In this document: in pieces, positions 44,226-52,336 of the stretch | Numbering within the stretch: the first letter of the stretch is position 1 | Layout of the letters: every line of letters begins with the position of its first letter | NCBI GenBank assembly: GCA_035533595.1 | Contig: DATLTN010000024.1 | Span: forward strand, 1,661-65,660 | Direction of reading: 5' to 3' | Length of the DNA: 64,000 bases | Origin: Acidimicrobiales bacterium | GTDB taxonomy: Bacteria > Actinomycetota > Acidimicrobiia > Acidimicrobiales > Bog-793 | The notes under the pieces: model-generated | What the model saw: the letters and a program-made list of their open reading frames with translations, nothing else | What the model was told of the DNA's origin: nothing | Database searches by the model: none | Made by a program: the position numbers and the translations under genes

Positions 44226-45785
44226 GTGCTCCCCGGCTTCGTGGTGCCGGTCGCGCACTTCGCGGCGGCGATCGACGACGCGGCCGCGCTCGTCGAGGGC
44301 GAGGGGGTGCACGCCGCGCAGCTGGCGCTCTCGCTCGCGCCGCTCCCGGGCGAGCTCGGCGGCGCCCTCGGTGCCGCCGCCGAAGCGCTCGGGGAGCGCC
44401 TCGTCTGTCGTTCCTCCTCCCCCGCAGAGGCCGAGGCGAGCTGGTCGGGGGCCTTCACCTCGTTCCTGGACGTCACCGCCGGGGAGCTCGCGACGGCCGT
44501 GCGGGGCTGTGTCGCCTCGGTCTTCCGACCCGAGGTCGAGGCTCGCCTGACCGGCGGGCAATTCCGCGCCGTCGCTCCCTCCGTCCTCGTCCAGCGCTAC
44601 CTCTCCCCCCGCTGCGCCGGCACGGCGGTGGTGCTCGACGACGGCAGCGTCGAGGTCACCGCCGTCGAGGGGAGCCCCGCCGCGCTGCTCTCGGGCTGGG
44701 CCGAGGGGCTGACGGCGACCCTCTCAGGAGACGGCGCCGCGAGCGGCGCGGCGGTCGCGCTCGTCGGCGAGGCGACCCTCGCTGCGCTCGTCGGCGACCT
44801 CGGGCGCCTCGAGGGCGCGCCCGGCACCACCCTCGAGTGGGCCGCGTCCGGCGACGAGCTCCTCCTCCTGCAGGTGGGCCGCGCCGCACCGCGTGCCGGC
44901 CGCAGCGCCCGCCAACGGCCACCGGGACGGCCGCCGCTCTCCCCCGACGTCGCGGAACTCGCCGGACGGGCGGCGCGCACGCTCGCCACCTTCGCCGGGC
45001 CGCTCGGTGAAGCGCTGCTCCTCCCCTGGGCGCTCGCGCCGCTACGCCCGGGCAGGCACGTCGAGCCGCCGACGGAGCTCGCCGGGGCGCTGCAGCTCGC
45101 CGGCGAGCTGAACGGGCAGGCGCTTGCCGCGGCGGCGGCGACCGGGGAGGCTCTCCTTGACCGCCTCGCCACCCGCGCCGCCGACAGCGACCTGCGCGCC
45201 CTCTCGACGCTCCGCCCCGTCGACGCCGGCGGGGCGGCCGCGCTCGTCTGGTTCTGCGGCGCGCTGGCGCAGACGCTCGCGAGCGACGGCGCCCCGCCGG
45301 GCGACCTCTTCGGACAGTCCCTCGCGGCGCTCGGAGGCGGCAGCTCCGGGGGAAACCGCGGCAACAGCGGCCCCTCCCGCCTCGCACGTTGGCAGCGCTT
45401 GCTGCAGGTGGCGATCCCCTCCGCCGGCAGCAGCTACGTCGCCGAACCAGCGGCCGAGGGGCGCCTCGCCGGCCCGGCGCGGCGTGCCGACGCGACCGTC
45501 CGGGCAGCCGCCCTCGAGGCGGGCGCCGTGCTCGTCGTCGACCACCCGCTCCCCCGCTACGCCCCCCTGCTGTGGCGGGCGGGCGCCCTCGTGGCGTGCA
45601 CCGGTGACGCGAGCGCGCACCTCTTCGAGGTGGCAAGGGCGCGCCGGATCCCCGCTGTCATCGTGCGCTCCCTCCCCATGGGTGAGATCGACGGACGCCT
45701 CGCCCTCGTCGACGGCGGCGAGGGCACCCTCGCGCTCCTCCCCCGGCGGGCCGCTTGGACCCGGGCCAGGGGCCAGCAGGGATAG
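44226..45785 (+). CDS. PEP-utilising-enzyme-like protein (PPDK_N ATP-grasp-like N-terminus + phosphohistidine swivel domain); the true start is probably upstream of 44226
   Basis: RSSSPAEAEASWSGAFTSFLDV resembles the VRSSA..ED...SFAGQ motif. The C-terminal segment LVACTGDASAHLFEVARARRIPAVI resembles the TSH swivel motif. In-frame upstream codons 44130-44225 encode LLIDLDDEAALDPSLVGAKAAALAAARRRGCA, the family's usual N-terminus, but contain no ATG, GTG or TTG. Confidence 0.6.
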   Translation: MLPGFVVPVAHFAAAIDDAAALVEGEGVHAAQLALSLAPLPGELGGALGAAAEALGERLVCRSSSPAEAEASWSGAFTSFLDVTAGELATAVRGCVASVFRPEVEARLTGGQFRAVAPSVLVQRYLSPRCAGTAVVLDDGSVEVTAVEGSPAALLSGWAEGLTATLSGDGAASGAAVALVGEATLAALVGDLGRLEGAPGTTLEWAASGDELLLLQVGRAAPRAGRSARQRPPGRPPLSPDVAELAGRAARTLATFAGPLGEALLLPWALAPLRPGRHVEPPTELAGALQLAGELNGQALAAAAATGEALLDRLATRAADSDLRALSTLRPVDAGGAAALVWFCGALAQTLASDGAPPGDLFGQSLAALGGGSSGGNRGNSGPSRLARWQRLLQVAIPSAGSSYVAEPAAEGRLAGPARRADATVRAAALEAGAVLVVDHPLPRYAPLLWRAGALVACTGDASAHLFEVARARRIPAVIVRSLPMGEIDGRLALVDGGEGTLALLPRRAAWTRARGQQG

Positions 45786-45990
45786 GAGGTCCCCGCCAGG
45801 CATCCAGCCGTTGGGAGCATCCTCCGGCAGCCGCTACCCGGAGTGCCGAAATCCTCAGCCCCGCGGGCTGCTTCTCGCTGTGTTCGTGAGTAATATCGTG
45901 CCCGCGTGCTCGGTAATACAGTTAATCAACTGCGAGAGGTATTCGATTTTCAGTGCCTCTCCGAGCTAAGGTAAGTAAGGGACGAGAGTT

Positions 45991-46317
45991 ATGAGAAGGA
46001 CAATGTCCAAGCGAGTGGTGCCGGCACTTTTGGTATGTGGTCTTGCCGGAAGTGTAATGGGAGTCGCTGCTGAGACTGCATCCGCAACGACGAGTGCCAC
46101 GGCTAAAGGTGTCGTCAAGGCAGTTCGTCCGATATTTCGCCAGCTTTACGTGACGGTAAACAAGAACACGGACATCTTCCGTGTCACAACGAAGGCGACC
46201 GTGACCCTCCACGGAAAGGTAAGCAGTCTCACCAGTCTCAAAGCAGGCGAGCAGGTTACCGTGACTTACACCGTCTCGGGGAACCGATGGAATGCATCCT
46301 TGGTCGCAGTCAAGTAA
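45991..46317 (+). CDS. Small secreted protein (108 aa, DUF5666-like by eye)
   Basis: The signal peptide is MSKRVVPALLVCGLAGSVMGVAAETASA. The mature part is beta-rich (VTLHGKVSSLTSLKAGEQVTVTY). The gene is conspicuously A/T-richer than the rest of the window. An upstream purine-rich gggacgagag may serve as the RBS. Confidence 0.6.
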   Translation: MRRTMSKRVVPALLVCGLAGSVMGVAAETASATTSATAKGVVKAVRPIFRQLYVTVNKNTDIFRVTTKATVTLHGKVSSLTSLKAGEQVTVTYTVSGNRWNASLVAVK

Positions 46318-46329
46318 TTGAGATACTGG

Positions 46330-46367
46330 TCTTGTTGGTGGGCCATGCGGTCTCTGGCCACCAACAA
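46330..46367 (+). terminator. Strong hairpin downstream of the small secreted-protein gene
   Basis: cttgttggtgggcca (46330-46344) pairs with tggccaccaacaag (46354-46367), giving a 14-bp stem with one bulged g and a 9-nt loop. It begins 13 nt after the TAA. There is no U-tract. Confidence 0.4.
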
Positions 46368-46648
46368 GGGACTGACCACCGCAACCTTTACTAGGGTTTT
46401 CGAGCCCTTGCTAGGGCCTTGGGCACAGGTTCCTGCCCTTGCCCTGCGGTGGGGCAGCCACGTCGAGGCGGACACGGCTGGTCCATCGTTGCGGGTTCCG
46501 ACGGGGAGCGGGAGCGGTGCGAGCCCGAGGCGCGTGACGGAATGTCTCGTTCATCGCGAGCACTGTTCTCAAGCTCGGTGGACCCCGACCTCCCGGACTT
46601 TGGAATGGACTCGATCCGCGCCTTCCCTCACACCGGGTGGATGCCGCC

Positions 46649-47045
46649 CTATCGGGATTCAGTGTCCGGACTCCAGATGATGTCCCAGAGGTGGCCGTCA
46701 GGATCGCGGAAGTACCTGGAGTAGATGCCCCAAGGTCGTTCACGGGGGCGCCGGTAAGTGAAGCTCCGTCTTCCAGGGCCGATGCGAGCAGCCCGTCCAC
46801 GTCTTCGCGTCTCGGAACGATGTGCCCGATGCTGAACCCACCGGACGAGGCAGGAGGGGGGTCGACTCCGGCGCCCTTCGCGGGCTCAGACCCCCAGCTT
46901 CGACGCTCTCGGTGGGCTCCTTCTCCGGCCAGCTCTCCGTCCCTCGTCGGCCTCGGCCAGGACGTCGGTGGTCGTCAGCATGCTGCGGAGCGCACCCGAC
47001 GCCTGCAGCGGCGCCACCTTCCGGCTGGGCTACAAGGGCCTCGGA
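46649..47045 (-). pseudogene. VOC (glyoxalase/bleomycin-resistance fold) family gene remnant with frameshift(s)
   Basis: On the minus strand, one frame gives ...SSGGFSIGHIVPRREDVDGLLASALEDGASLTGAPVND. A different frame continues PWGIYSRYFRDPDGHLWDIIWSPDTESR*, with the stop at 46649-46651. Together they match the C-terminal half of VOC proteins. The frames switch near 46730-46745, and the N-terminal half is broken by a further frame change or stop. Confidence 0.4.
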
Positions 47046-47059
47046 AACAAGGTCCGGAA

Positions 47060-47484
47060 TTGAGAAGGATCCCGCTCTCCCTGCGCCTCCTCGTCGTGCT
47101 CGGCCTCGCCCTGCCGCGCGATCTCGTCTTCACCCCGTTCGCCGAGGCAACGTGGACGGGCGGCGGTTCAGGGCAGCCAGCGCACTCGCCTCCACGATGC
47201 CGAGCGGCGGCCAACCGAGCGTCAGCGCATCGGGCAGCAGCGTCACCCTCAGCTGGGCCACCGCGCGCTTCCCTGACAACCGCAGCGTCGCCGGCTACGT
47301 CATCAAGCGGTACGACGCGAACGGCTCCGCGGTGACGGTCGGTGCGAGTTGCAGCGGGACGGTGGGCACCACGACCTGCACCGAGTCCAACGTGCCTCCC
47401 GGCACCAGGACCTGCACCGACACGCCGGGGCAGGACAATTGGGCCGGCGGAGAAAGCCCGGGCGCGGCGTCGACCGTCAGCTGA
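47060..47484 (+). pseudogene. Secreted FN3-like protein, apparently split by a 1-nt frameshift (or a 95-aa leaderless remnant starting at ATG 47197)
   Basis: One frame from TTG 47060 gives (M)RRIPLSLRLLVVLGLALPRDLVFTPFAEATWTGGGSG, which is signal-peptide-like. The adjacent frame continues AASALASTMPSGGQPSVSASGSSVTLSWATARFPDNRSVAGYVIKRYDANGS..., which is FN3-like, to the stop at 47482-47484. The switch lies in ggttcagggcag at about 47166-47177. Confidence 0.4.
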
Positions 47485-47887
47485 CGGTGGGTCCGAGGCC
47501 GGGGCTCCCGTCACCGACGACGGCCTCTGCCTCGATCTCCACGTGCCACCGAGGGTCGAGGAGAGCCGAGACGACCACCATCGTGGCGGCGGGCCGGACG
47601 TCGCCGAACACGGCGTCGTGCGCGCGACCGACGGCCTCGGCATGTGCCGCATCGGTGATGAACATGCGCGTTCGGACCACGTCGCGCACCTCGGCACCCG
47701 CGTCGCCCAGTGCCGCGGCGATGATCTCGAAGCACCGCCTCGCTTGCACCTCCACGTCCGGGTCGCACGAGCCGTCGGGCCAGATCGGAGCGGTTCCGGA
47801 GACGAGCACTCGGTCGCCGACCCGTAGCGCGCGACTGAACCCGATCGACTCCTCGAAGGGAGAACCTGAAGCAATCCGATCCCTCAT
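47477..47887 (-). CDS. RidA/YjgF family protein
   Basis: The sequence MRDRIASGSPFEESIGFSRALRVGDRVLVSGT...VRTRMFITD...PRWHVEIEAEAVV fits the family. The start is the internal ATG at codon 95 of ORF 47477..48169. Confidence 0.85.
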   Translation of the reverse strand: MRDRIASGSPFEESIGFSRALRVGDRVLVSGTAPIWPDGSCDPDVEVQARRCFEIIAAALGDAGAEVRDVVRTRMFITDAAHAEAVGRAHDAVFGDVRPAATMVVVSALLDPRWHVEIEAEAVVGDGSPGLGPTVS

Positions 47888-48038
47888 CGCGCCATTCTCG
47901 TCGCCACTCGGCTCCGCGCGTTGCGGCCCGCGCCGCCCGGCTGAACCGGCTGGCTGCGCCGCGACCGACCACGTCCTGCATGCGACCCCTGCGCCGGCGA
48001 GGAGATGGCGGTGGCACCTCCCGCATATTGTCTGGCCC

Positions 48039-48509
48039 GTGCCGGCGTGGGAGGTGTTCGAGCAGACGGAGCCGGAATTCGCTGAACGGGTGCGGCGGCT
48101 GTTCGACGCCGGCCGCCACAAGACCATCGCGACGCTGCGCGCCGACGGTTCGCCACGAATCTCGGGCATTGAATGTCAGTTCACAGACGGCGAACTCCGC
48201 TTCGGTTCGATGGAGGGAGCGCGCAAGGGGGAGGATCTCAAACGGGATCCTCGCTTCGCGCTGCACGGCCCGACCTTCCATCCCGAGGAGGGCAAGGAGG
48301 GCGACTGGCCCGGTGAGGCGAAGATCGCGGGGCGAGCGGTCCAGGCGCCCGCGCGCACCACCGACGTTGCGGGGGCGCAACCCGACGGGGAGATGTTCAC
48401 CGCCGACATCGGCGAGGTCGTCATCACCGGACTCAACAGCGGGGCCAGCAAGCTCGTGGTCGAGTCGTGGACGCCTGTGCAAGGACTCCGCCGGCTCGAG
48501 CGGGACTAA
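48039..48509 (+). CDS. Pyridoxamine 5'-phosphate oxidase (PPOX-class) family protein
   Basis: The sequence WEVFEQTEPEFAERVRRLFDAGRHKTIATLRADGSPRISGIE fits the PPOX-class family. It is the C-terminal third of ORF 47349..48509. The start is assigned to GTG at codon 231 and is uncertain by a few codons. Confidence 0.7.
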   Translation: MPAWEVFEQTEPEFAERVRRLFDAGRHKTIATLRADGSPRISGIECQFTDGELRFGSMEGARKGEDLKRDPRFALHGPTFHPEEGKEGDWPGEAKIAGRAVQAPARTTDVAGAQPDGEMFTADIGEVVITGLNSGASKLVVESWTPVQGLRRLERD

Positions 48510-48667
48510 CGAGGGTTCGCGCCCGTCGATCCCGGTCTCGGTGTCGCGCACGGGCTCCTCGACACGTCTTTCTCCGTACAGGTCCTAGAGTGATCGCAAG
48601 CGGCCTTCTGCAGTGAGGGTTCCCGGCGACTCGCGTCGCCTGTTGGGACCTGGAAGGCGGAAGCTCG

Positions 48668-48928
48668 ATGGCGGATTCTCTGAACGGCACCAGCCTGCCG
48701 ATCCCAGCCTTTGGCACCGACTCCGAACTCGACGAGGAGGTCGACGCCGATCTGCTGGCGATGGTGCAGGCCGTGGCCGGCCGTCTCGACCGGGTGAAGC
48801 GCGCGTTGGCCGATCTCGGCTCGGCAGTCCTGCTCGCGGAACTGCGCCAGCAGACAGAGCTGATCTGTGGGGCGCTCGACGAGCTCGCCGAGTTCAGCGA
48901 GCAGACGGTGAGAGCACTTCGCGTCTGA
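48668..48928 (+). CDS. Hypothetical small acidic, predicted helical protein (86 aa)
   Basis: The frame is strongly GC3-biased. I recognised no motif. Its 3' end overlaps the convergent DoxX-like gene by 35 nt. Confidence 0.4.
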   Translation: MADSLNGTSLPIPAFGTDSELDEEVDADLLAMVQAVAGRLDRVKRALADLGSAVLLAELRQQTELICGALDELAEFSEQTVRALRV

Positions 48929-49349
48929 CGACGACGGGCGGTGCGGACGACGCGCACGATCGTGACTGGCTCGGTCGCGGCGCGCCGCCCGCCTGCCATG
49001 CGGCCCAGATGAGCGGCACCTGCAGCGGGAGGCGTCCGAACGCGAGGAGCTCGGCCCGGGTGAGGTGCCCGCCGCTCTCGTGCGCGGCGTTCAATGCCAT
49101 CTGGATGTTGCCGGGAAAGACGGCACCGAGGAGCAGCACGCTCGCGGAACGCGACCAACGAGCCCTCGTGGCCAGCCCACCGGCACAGATCAGCTCTGCC
49201 GCACCGCTCGCGTACGCCACGAGACGCGGATGAGCCAGCCACTTCGGAATGAGCGGCTCGAAGACCTTCGGGCGGATCAGGTGGACCAGACTCGAGGCGG
49301 CGAACAACAGCGCCAAGGCGTCCGGAGCGCGTCGGCGAAGGGACCCCAC
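48894..49349 (-). CDS. DoxX-like small integral membrane protein
   Basis: Hydrophobic segments with HLIRPKVFEPLIPKWLAHPRLVAYASGAAELICAGGL and RLPLQVPLIWAAW resemble the actinobacterial DoxX-like family, as I remember it. Confidence 0.55.
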   Translation of the reverse strand: MGSLRRRAPDALALLFAASSLVHLIRPKVFEPLIPKWLAHPRLVAYASGAAELICAGGLATRARWSRSASVLLLGAVFPGNIQMALNAAHESGGHLTRAELLAFGRLPLQVPLIWAAWQAGGAPRPSQSRSCASSAPPVVVRREVLSPSAR

Positions 49350-49521
49350 GACGCCAACCTATTGGTCGTGGACGACCCGGCGGCCGATCGCAGTGCCTCC
49401 GAGCAACCGGGCGCTCAGCCGGCAGGCGCCGGCGCACCCGAACCGGCGCTGCGCGCGCCGGCGACGCCGATGAGCTCAGGATCTGCCGAGGTCGCAACCG
49501 TGACAAGCTCCGCTCCAGAAG

Positions 49522-49989
49522 ATGAACGACATGGCAGACGACAGCGTCAGCGCGAGCAGGGGGATCGACGCCCCGGCGGGGGCCGTCTTCGCGGTCCTCA
49601 CCGATCCCGTACGGCACGCCACGATCGATGGCACCGGGTGGGTCTCCGAAAGTCTCGGCGACGAGCCGTTGATCGCCTCCGGGCAGATCTTCCGGATGAC
49701 GATGTACCACCCCAACCATCCGAAGGGGAACTACGAGATGGCAAATCGGGTCGAGGTGTTCGATCCGCCGCGTGCCATCTCCTGGAGGCCCGGCTACGAC
49801 GCGGACGACGGCGGGCTCGCCTTCGGTGGTTGGACCTGGCGCTACGACCTCGCGCAGACGACCGTCACGCTCACCTACGACTGGTCCGAGGTCCCCGACC
49901 CGATCCGGGAGCGCATCGGCTTCCCCCCGTTCCCTCCCGAGCACCTCGCCAACTCCCTCGCCCACCTCGCCGAGCTGGTGGCCGGCTGA
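49522..49989 (+). CDS. SRPBCC (START/polyketide-cyclase-like) family protein
   Basis: The N-terminus SRGIDAPAGAVFAVLTDPVRHATIDG, the 155-aa length and the pattern of beta-strand-like segments fit the family. Confidence 0.7.
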   Translation: MNDMADDSVSASRGIDAPAGAVFAVLTDPVRHATIDGTGWVSESLGDEPLIASGQIFRMTMYHPNHPKGNYEMANRVEVFDPPRAISWRPGYDADDGGLAFGGWTWRYDLAQTTVTLTYDWSEVPDPIRERIGFPPFPPEHLANSLAHLAELVAG

Positions 49990-50037
49990 CCCCGGCCGTC
50001 GGCCACCCCGCGAGCGGTCGTCGGGCGGCCCCGGCGA

Positions 50038-50889
50038 TCAGTCGCTGAGGACGAGGCCGGCGAGGTCGGGCGCGAGCACGACGGCCCGCCCGGCGAGGCC
50101 GCACCTCTGGAGCGCCGCCTCGCCCGCCTCGCGGGCGGCCGCCGCCGCGTGCGCCTCGACGCAGATCCCGAGCAGGCTCGGCCCCGCCCCGGACCAGGTC
50201 GCGACGGTCGCTCCCCCCGCCCGGAGCGCGGCGAGCAACTCGGGTGCCTCGGGGTACAGGGCGCTGCGCGCCTCCTGGTGGAGACGGTCCTCCCCCGCCT
50301 CGGGGACGAGGGCATCGCGGTCGGCGAGGCCGGCGAGGAGGAGGCCGAGGCGACCGAGGTTGAAGGTCGCGTCGCCGAAGGGGACCGTCTCGGGGAGGAG
50401 CGCGCGCGCCGCCTTGGTCTCGAGCTGGCGGTCGGGGACGACGACGACGAACGACAGCCCGGCGTCGAGGGGGAGGGGGCGCACGAGGGGCACCCCCTCG
50501 ACGAGGGTGGCGGCGACGAGGCCGCCGAAGCGCGAGGCGGCGGCGTTCTCCGCGTGGCCGTCGTAAGCGGCGGCGACGGCGAGCGGGTCGTCGGCGCCCG
50601 CGGCGGCCGCCGCGGCGAGGGCGAGCGCCGCCGAGGAGCCGAGGCCGCGGCCGACGGGGATCTGCGAGCGCACGAGGATCTCGAGGTGCCCGCTCCCCGC
50701 GACGGCGCAGGCGACGCGCGCCGCGAGGTGCCCCTCGTCGGTCGGCAGCTCCGCGCCCTCCCCCTCGCTGTGCAGGAGGAAGCGGCGGGCGGGGCGCACC
50801 TCCACCTCGACGTGCAGGGAGAGCGCGAGCCCGAGGACGTCAAAGCCGGGGCCGAGGTTCGAGGTCGAGGCGGGGACCCTCGCCCGCAC
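50038..50889 (-). CDS. thrB: Homoserine kinase
   Basis: The motifs are VPASTSNLGPGFDVLG and the GHMP motif PVGRGLGSSAA. Confidence 0.9.
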   Translation of the reverse strand: MRARVPASTSNLGPGFDVLGLALSLHVEVEVRPARRFLLHSEGEGAELPTDEGHLAARVACAVAGSGHLEILVRSQIPVGRGLGSSAALALAAAAAAGADDPLAVAAAYDGHAENAAASRFGGLVAATLVEGVPLVRPLPLDAGLSFVVVVPDRQLETKAARALLPETVPFGDATFNLGRLGLLLAGLADRDALVPEAGEDRLHQEARSALYPEAPELLAALRAGGATVATWSGAGPSLLGICVEAHAAAAAREAGEAALQRCGLAGRAVVLAPDLAGLVLSD

Positions 50890-50892
50890 GCC

Positions 50893-52317
50893 CTACCCCG
50901 CTGCCGCGAGCGAGCTCGAGATCGCGGTGGAGGGGAGCGTCGTCGGGGTCGTCCCGCCGAGGACGGTCGCCGTCGTGCCGCCCGCGGTGCTCGGCGCCGT
51001 GGCGGCGGTGAGCGGCACCGAGGCGAGCACGCCACCCGGGCTCGACACGACGAGGTCGGCGAAGACCGCCCCTGAGGAGATGGCGGGGACGGGCGTGCGC
51101 GAGACGACCTGCTCGTGGAGCTTCATCCCCGGCCAGCCGACGATGAGCGGCGAGCCGCCCGCGGCGTAGAGCGAGGTGCTCGAGCCGCCGAGGGCGACGG
51201 TGCCGACCGAGCTCGTCGGGAGCGGCAGGCGGTAGCCGACGAGCGAGCGGCCGGCGGCGGCGAGGAGCGTCTCGTCGACGCGCGCCGCCTGCCCGAGCCC
51301 GCCCGCCTGGCCGAGGGAGACGGCGACCACGAGGACGTGGCGGCCGGCCGCGGTGCGGTAGGCGGCGGTCGCGAGGCAGCCCTGGGCCTGTGAGGTGAAG
51401 CCGGACTTCACGCCGATGATCCCGTCGACGCCGAGGCCGGGGTTGTAGTTCCAGATCGTGCCGGCGACGGGGAAGGGGAGCGAGGGCTTGGCGACGATGC
51501 CGCGCACGACGGGGCTCTGCATCAGCGCCGCGGCGAGGAGCGCCTGGTCCGTGGCGTCCGAGCGCGATGCCGGGTTCACCCCGCTCGCGTCGGCGTAGTG
51601 GGTGTGGTGCATGCCGAGGGCCTTGGCGGTGGTGTTCATCTTCACCACGAAGGAGGCGACCGAGCCCGCATCCCAGGAGGCGAGGAAGTCGGCGACATTG
51701 TCGGCGGAGGGGATGAGCAGCGCCTCGAGTAGCTGGTGCTCGGTGAGCTGCTCGCCGAGGGTCACGGCGACGTTCGACTCGTTGGTCTGGTCGGCGTGCA
51801 CCCAGGCCTGGACGTCGGCGCGGCCCATCGTGAAGGTCGGGCCCTCGGCGCCGGCGGTGAGCGGGTGGTCGCGCAGCACCAGGTACGCGGTCATCATCTT
51901 GGTAAGGCTGGCGATCGGGACGACGGGGCTCTTCGCCGAGCGCGCCATCACGCCCTCGCCGAGGACGGCGACGGCGCCCTCGCCCTTGGCGGACCAGGGG
52001 AAGGCGGCGAGCGTGCCGGGCACCGCGTGCACCGTGCGCAGCGCCGCGGTGAGCACCGCCGTCGGGTGCGTCGCGGGGGCGTCGGTCTGGGGCGCGGCGC
52101 CGCCTGCGCCGACGAGCCCCCACAGCCCGAAGGCGAGGGCGAGGGCGAGCCCGCCCGCGATCGCGCGGTTGCGGCGGATGCGGCGGCGGCGGCGCCGGCG
52201 GTCGAGCAGGCGCGCCTCGCGGCGGCGGCGGTCGAGGACCGCCTGGCGGCTCTCGACGGCGGCCACGACGCCGTCGTCGTAGAGCTGCGGGCGCGGTCCC
52301 CCGTCGAGATCGATCAC
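50893..52317 (-). CDS. D-alanyl-D-alanine carboxypeptidase (peptidase S11, PBP5-type) with an N-terminal membrane anchor
   Basis: The motifs are SxxK (ASLTKMMTAY), SxN (IPSADN) and KSG (GVKSGFT). The start is placed at GTG (codon 31 of ORF 50893..52407) to avoid overlap with ftsK and is uncertain. Confidence 0.85.
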   Translation of the reverse strand: MIDLDGGPRPQLYDDGVVAAVESRQAVLDRRRREARLLDRRRRRRRIRRNRAIAGGLALALAFGLWGLVGAGGAAPQTDAPATHPTAVLTAALRTVHAVPGTLAAFPWSAKGEGAVAVLGEGVMARSAKSPVVPIASLTKMMTAYLVLRDHPLTAGAEGPTFTMGRADVQAWVHADQTNESNVAVTLGEQLTEHQLLEALLIPSADNVADFLASWDAGSVASFVVKMNTTAKALGMHHTHYADASGVNPASRSDATDQALLAAALMQSPVVRGIVAKPSLPFPVAGTIWNYNPGLGVDGIIGVKSGFTSQAQGCLATAAYRTAAGRHVLVVAVSLGQAGGLGQAARVDETLLAAAGRSLVGYRLPLPTSSVGTVALGGSSTSLYAAGGSPLIVGWPGMKLHEQVVSRTPVPAISSGAVFADLVVSSPGGVLASVPLTAATAPSTAGGTTATVLGGTTPTTLPSTAISSSLAAAG

Positions 52318-52336
52318 GTGAACCGGTGGCGGGCGC

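Noticed and set aside
46318-46648. ORFs 46318-46680, 46419-46724 and 46266-46475 as genes.
   Set aside because: They have no motifs and no GC3 bias, and they overlap each other and the hairpin or VOC remnant. The region is more likely non-coding or decayed.
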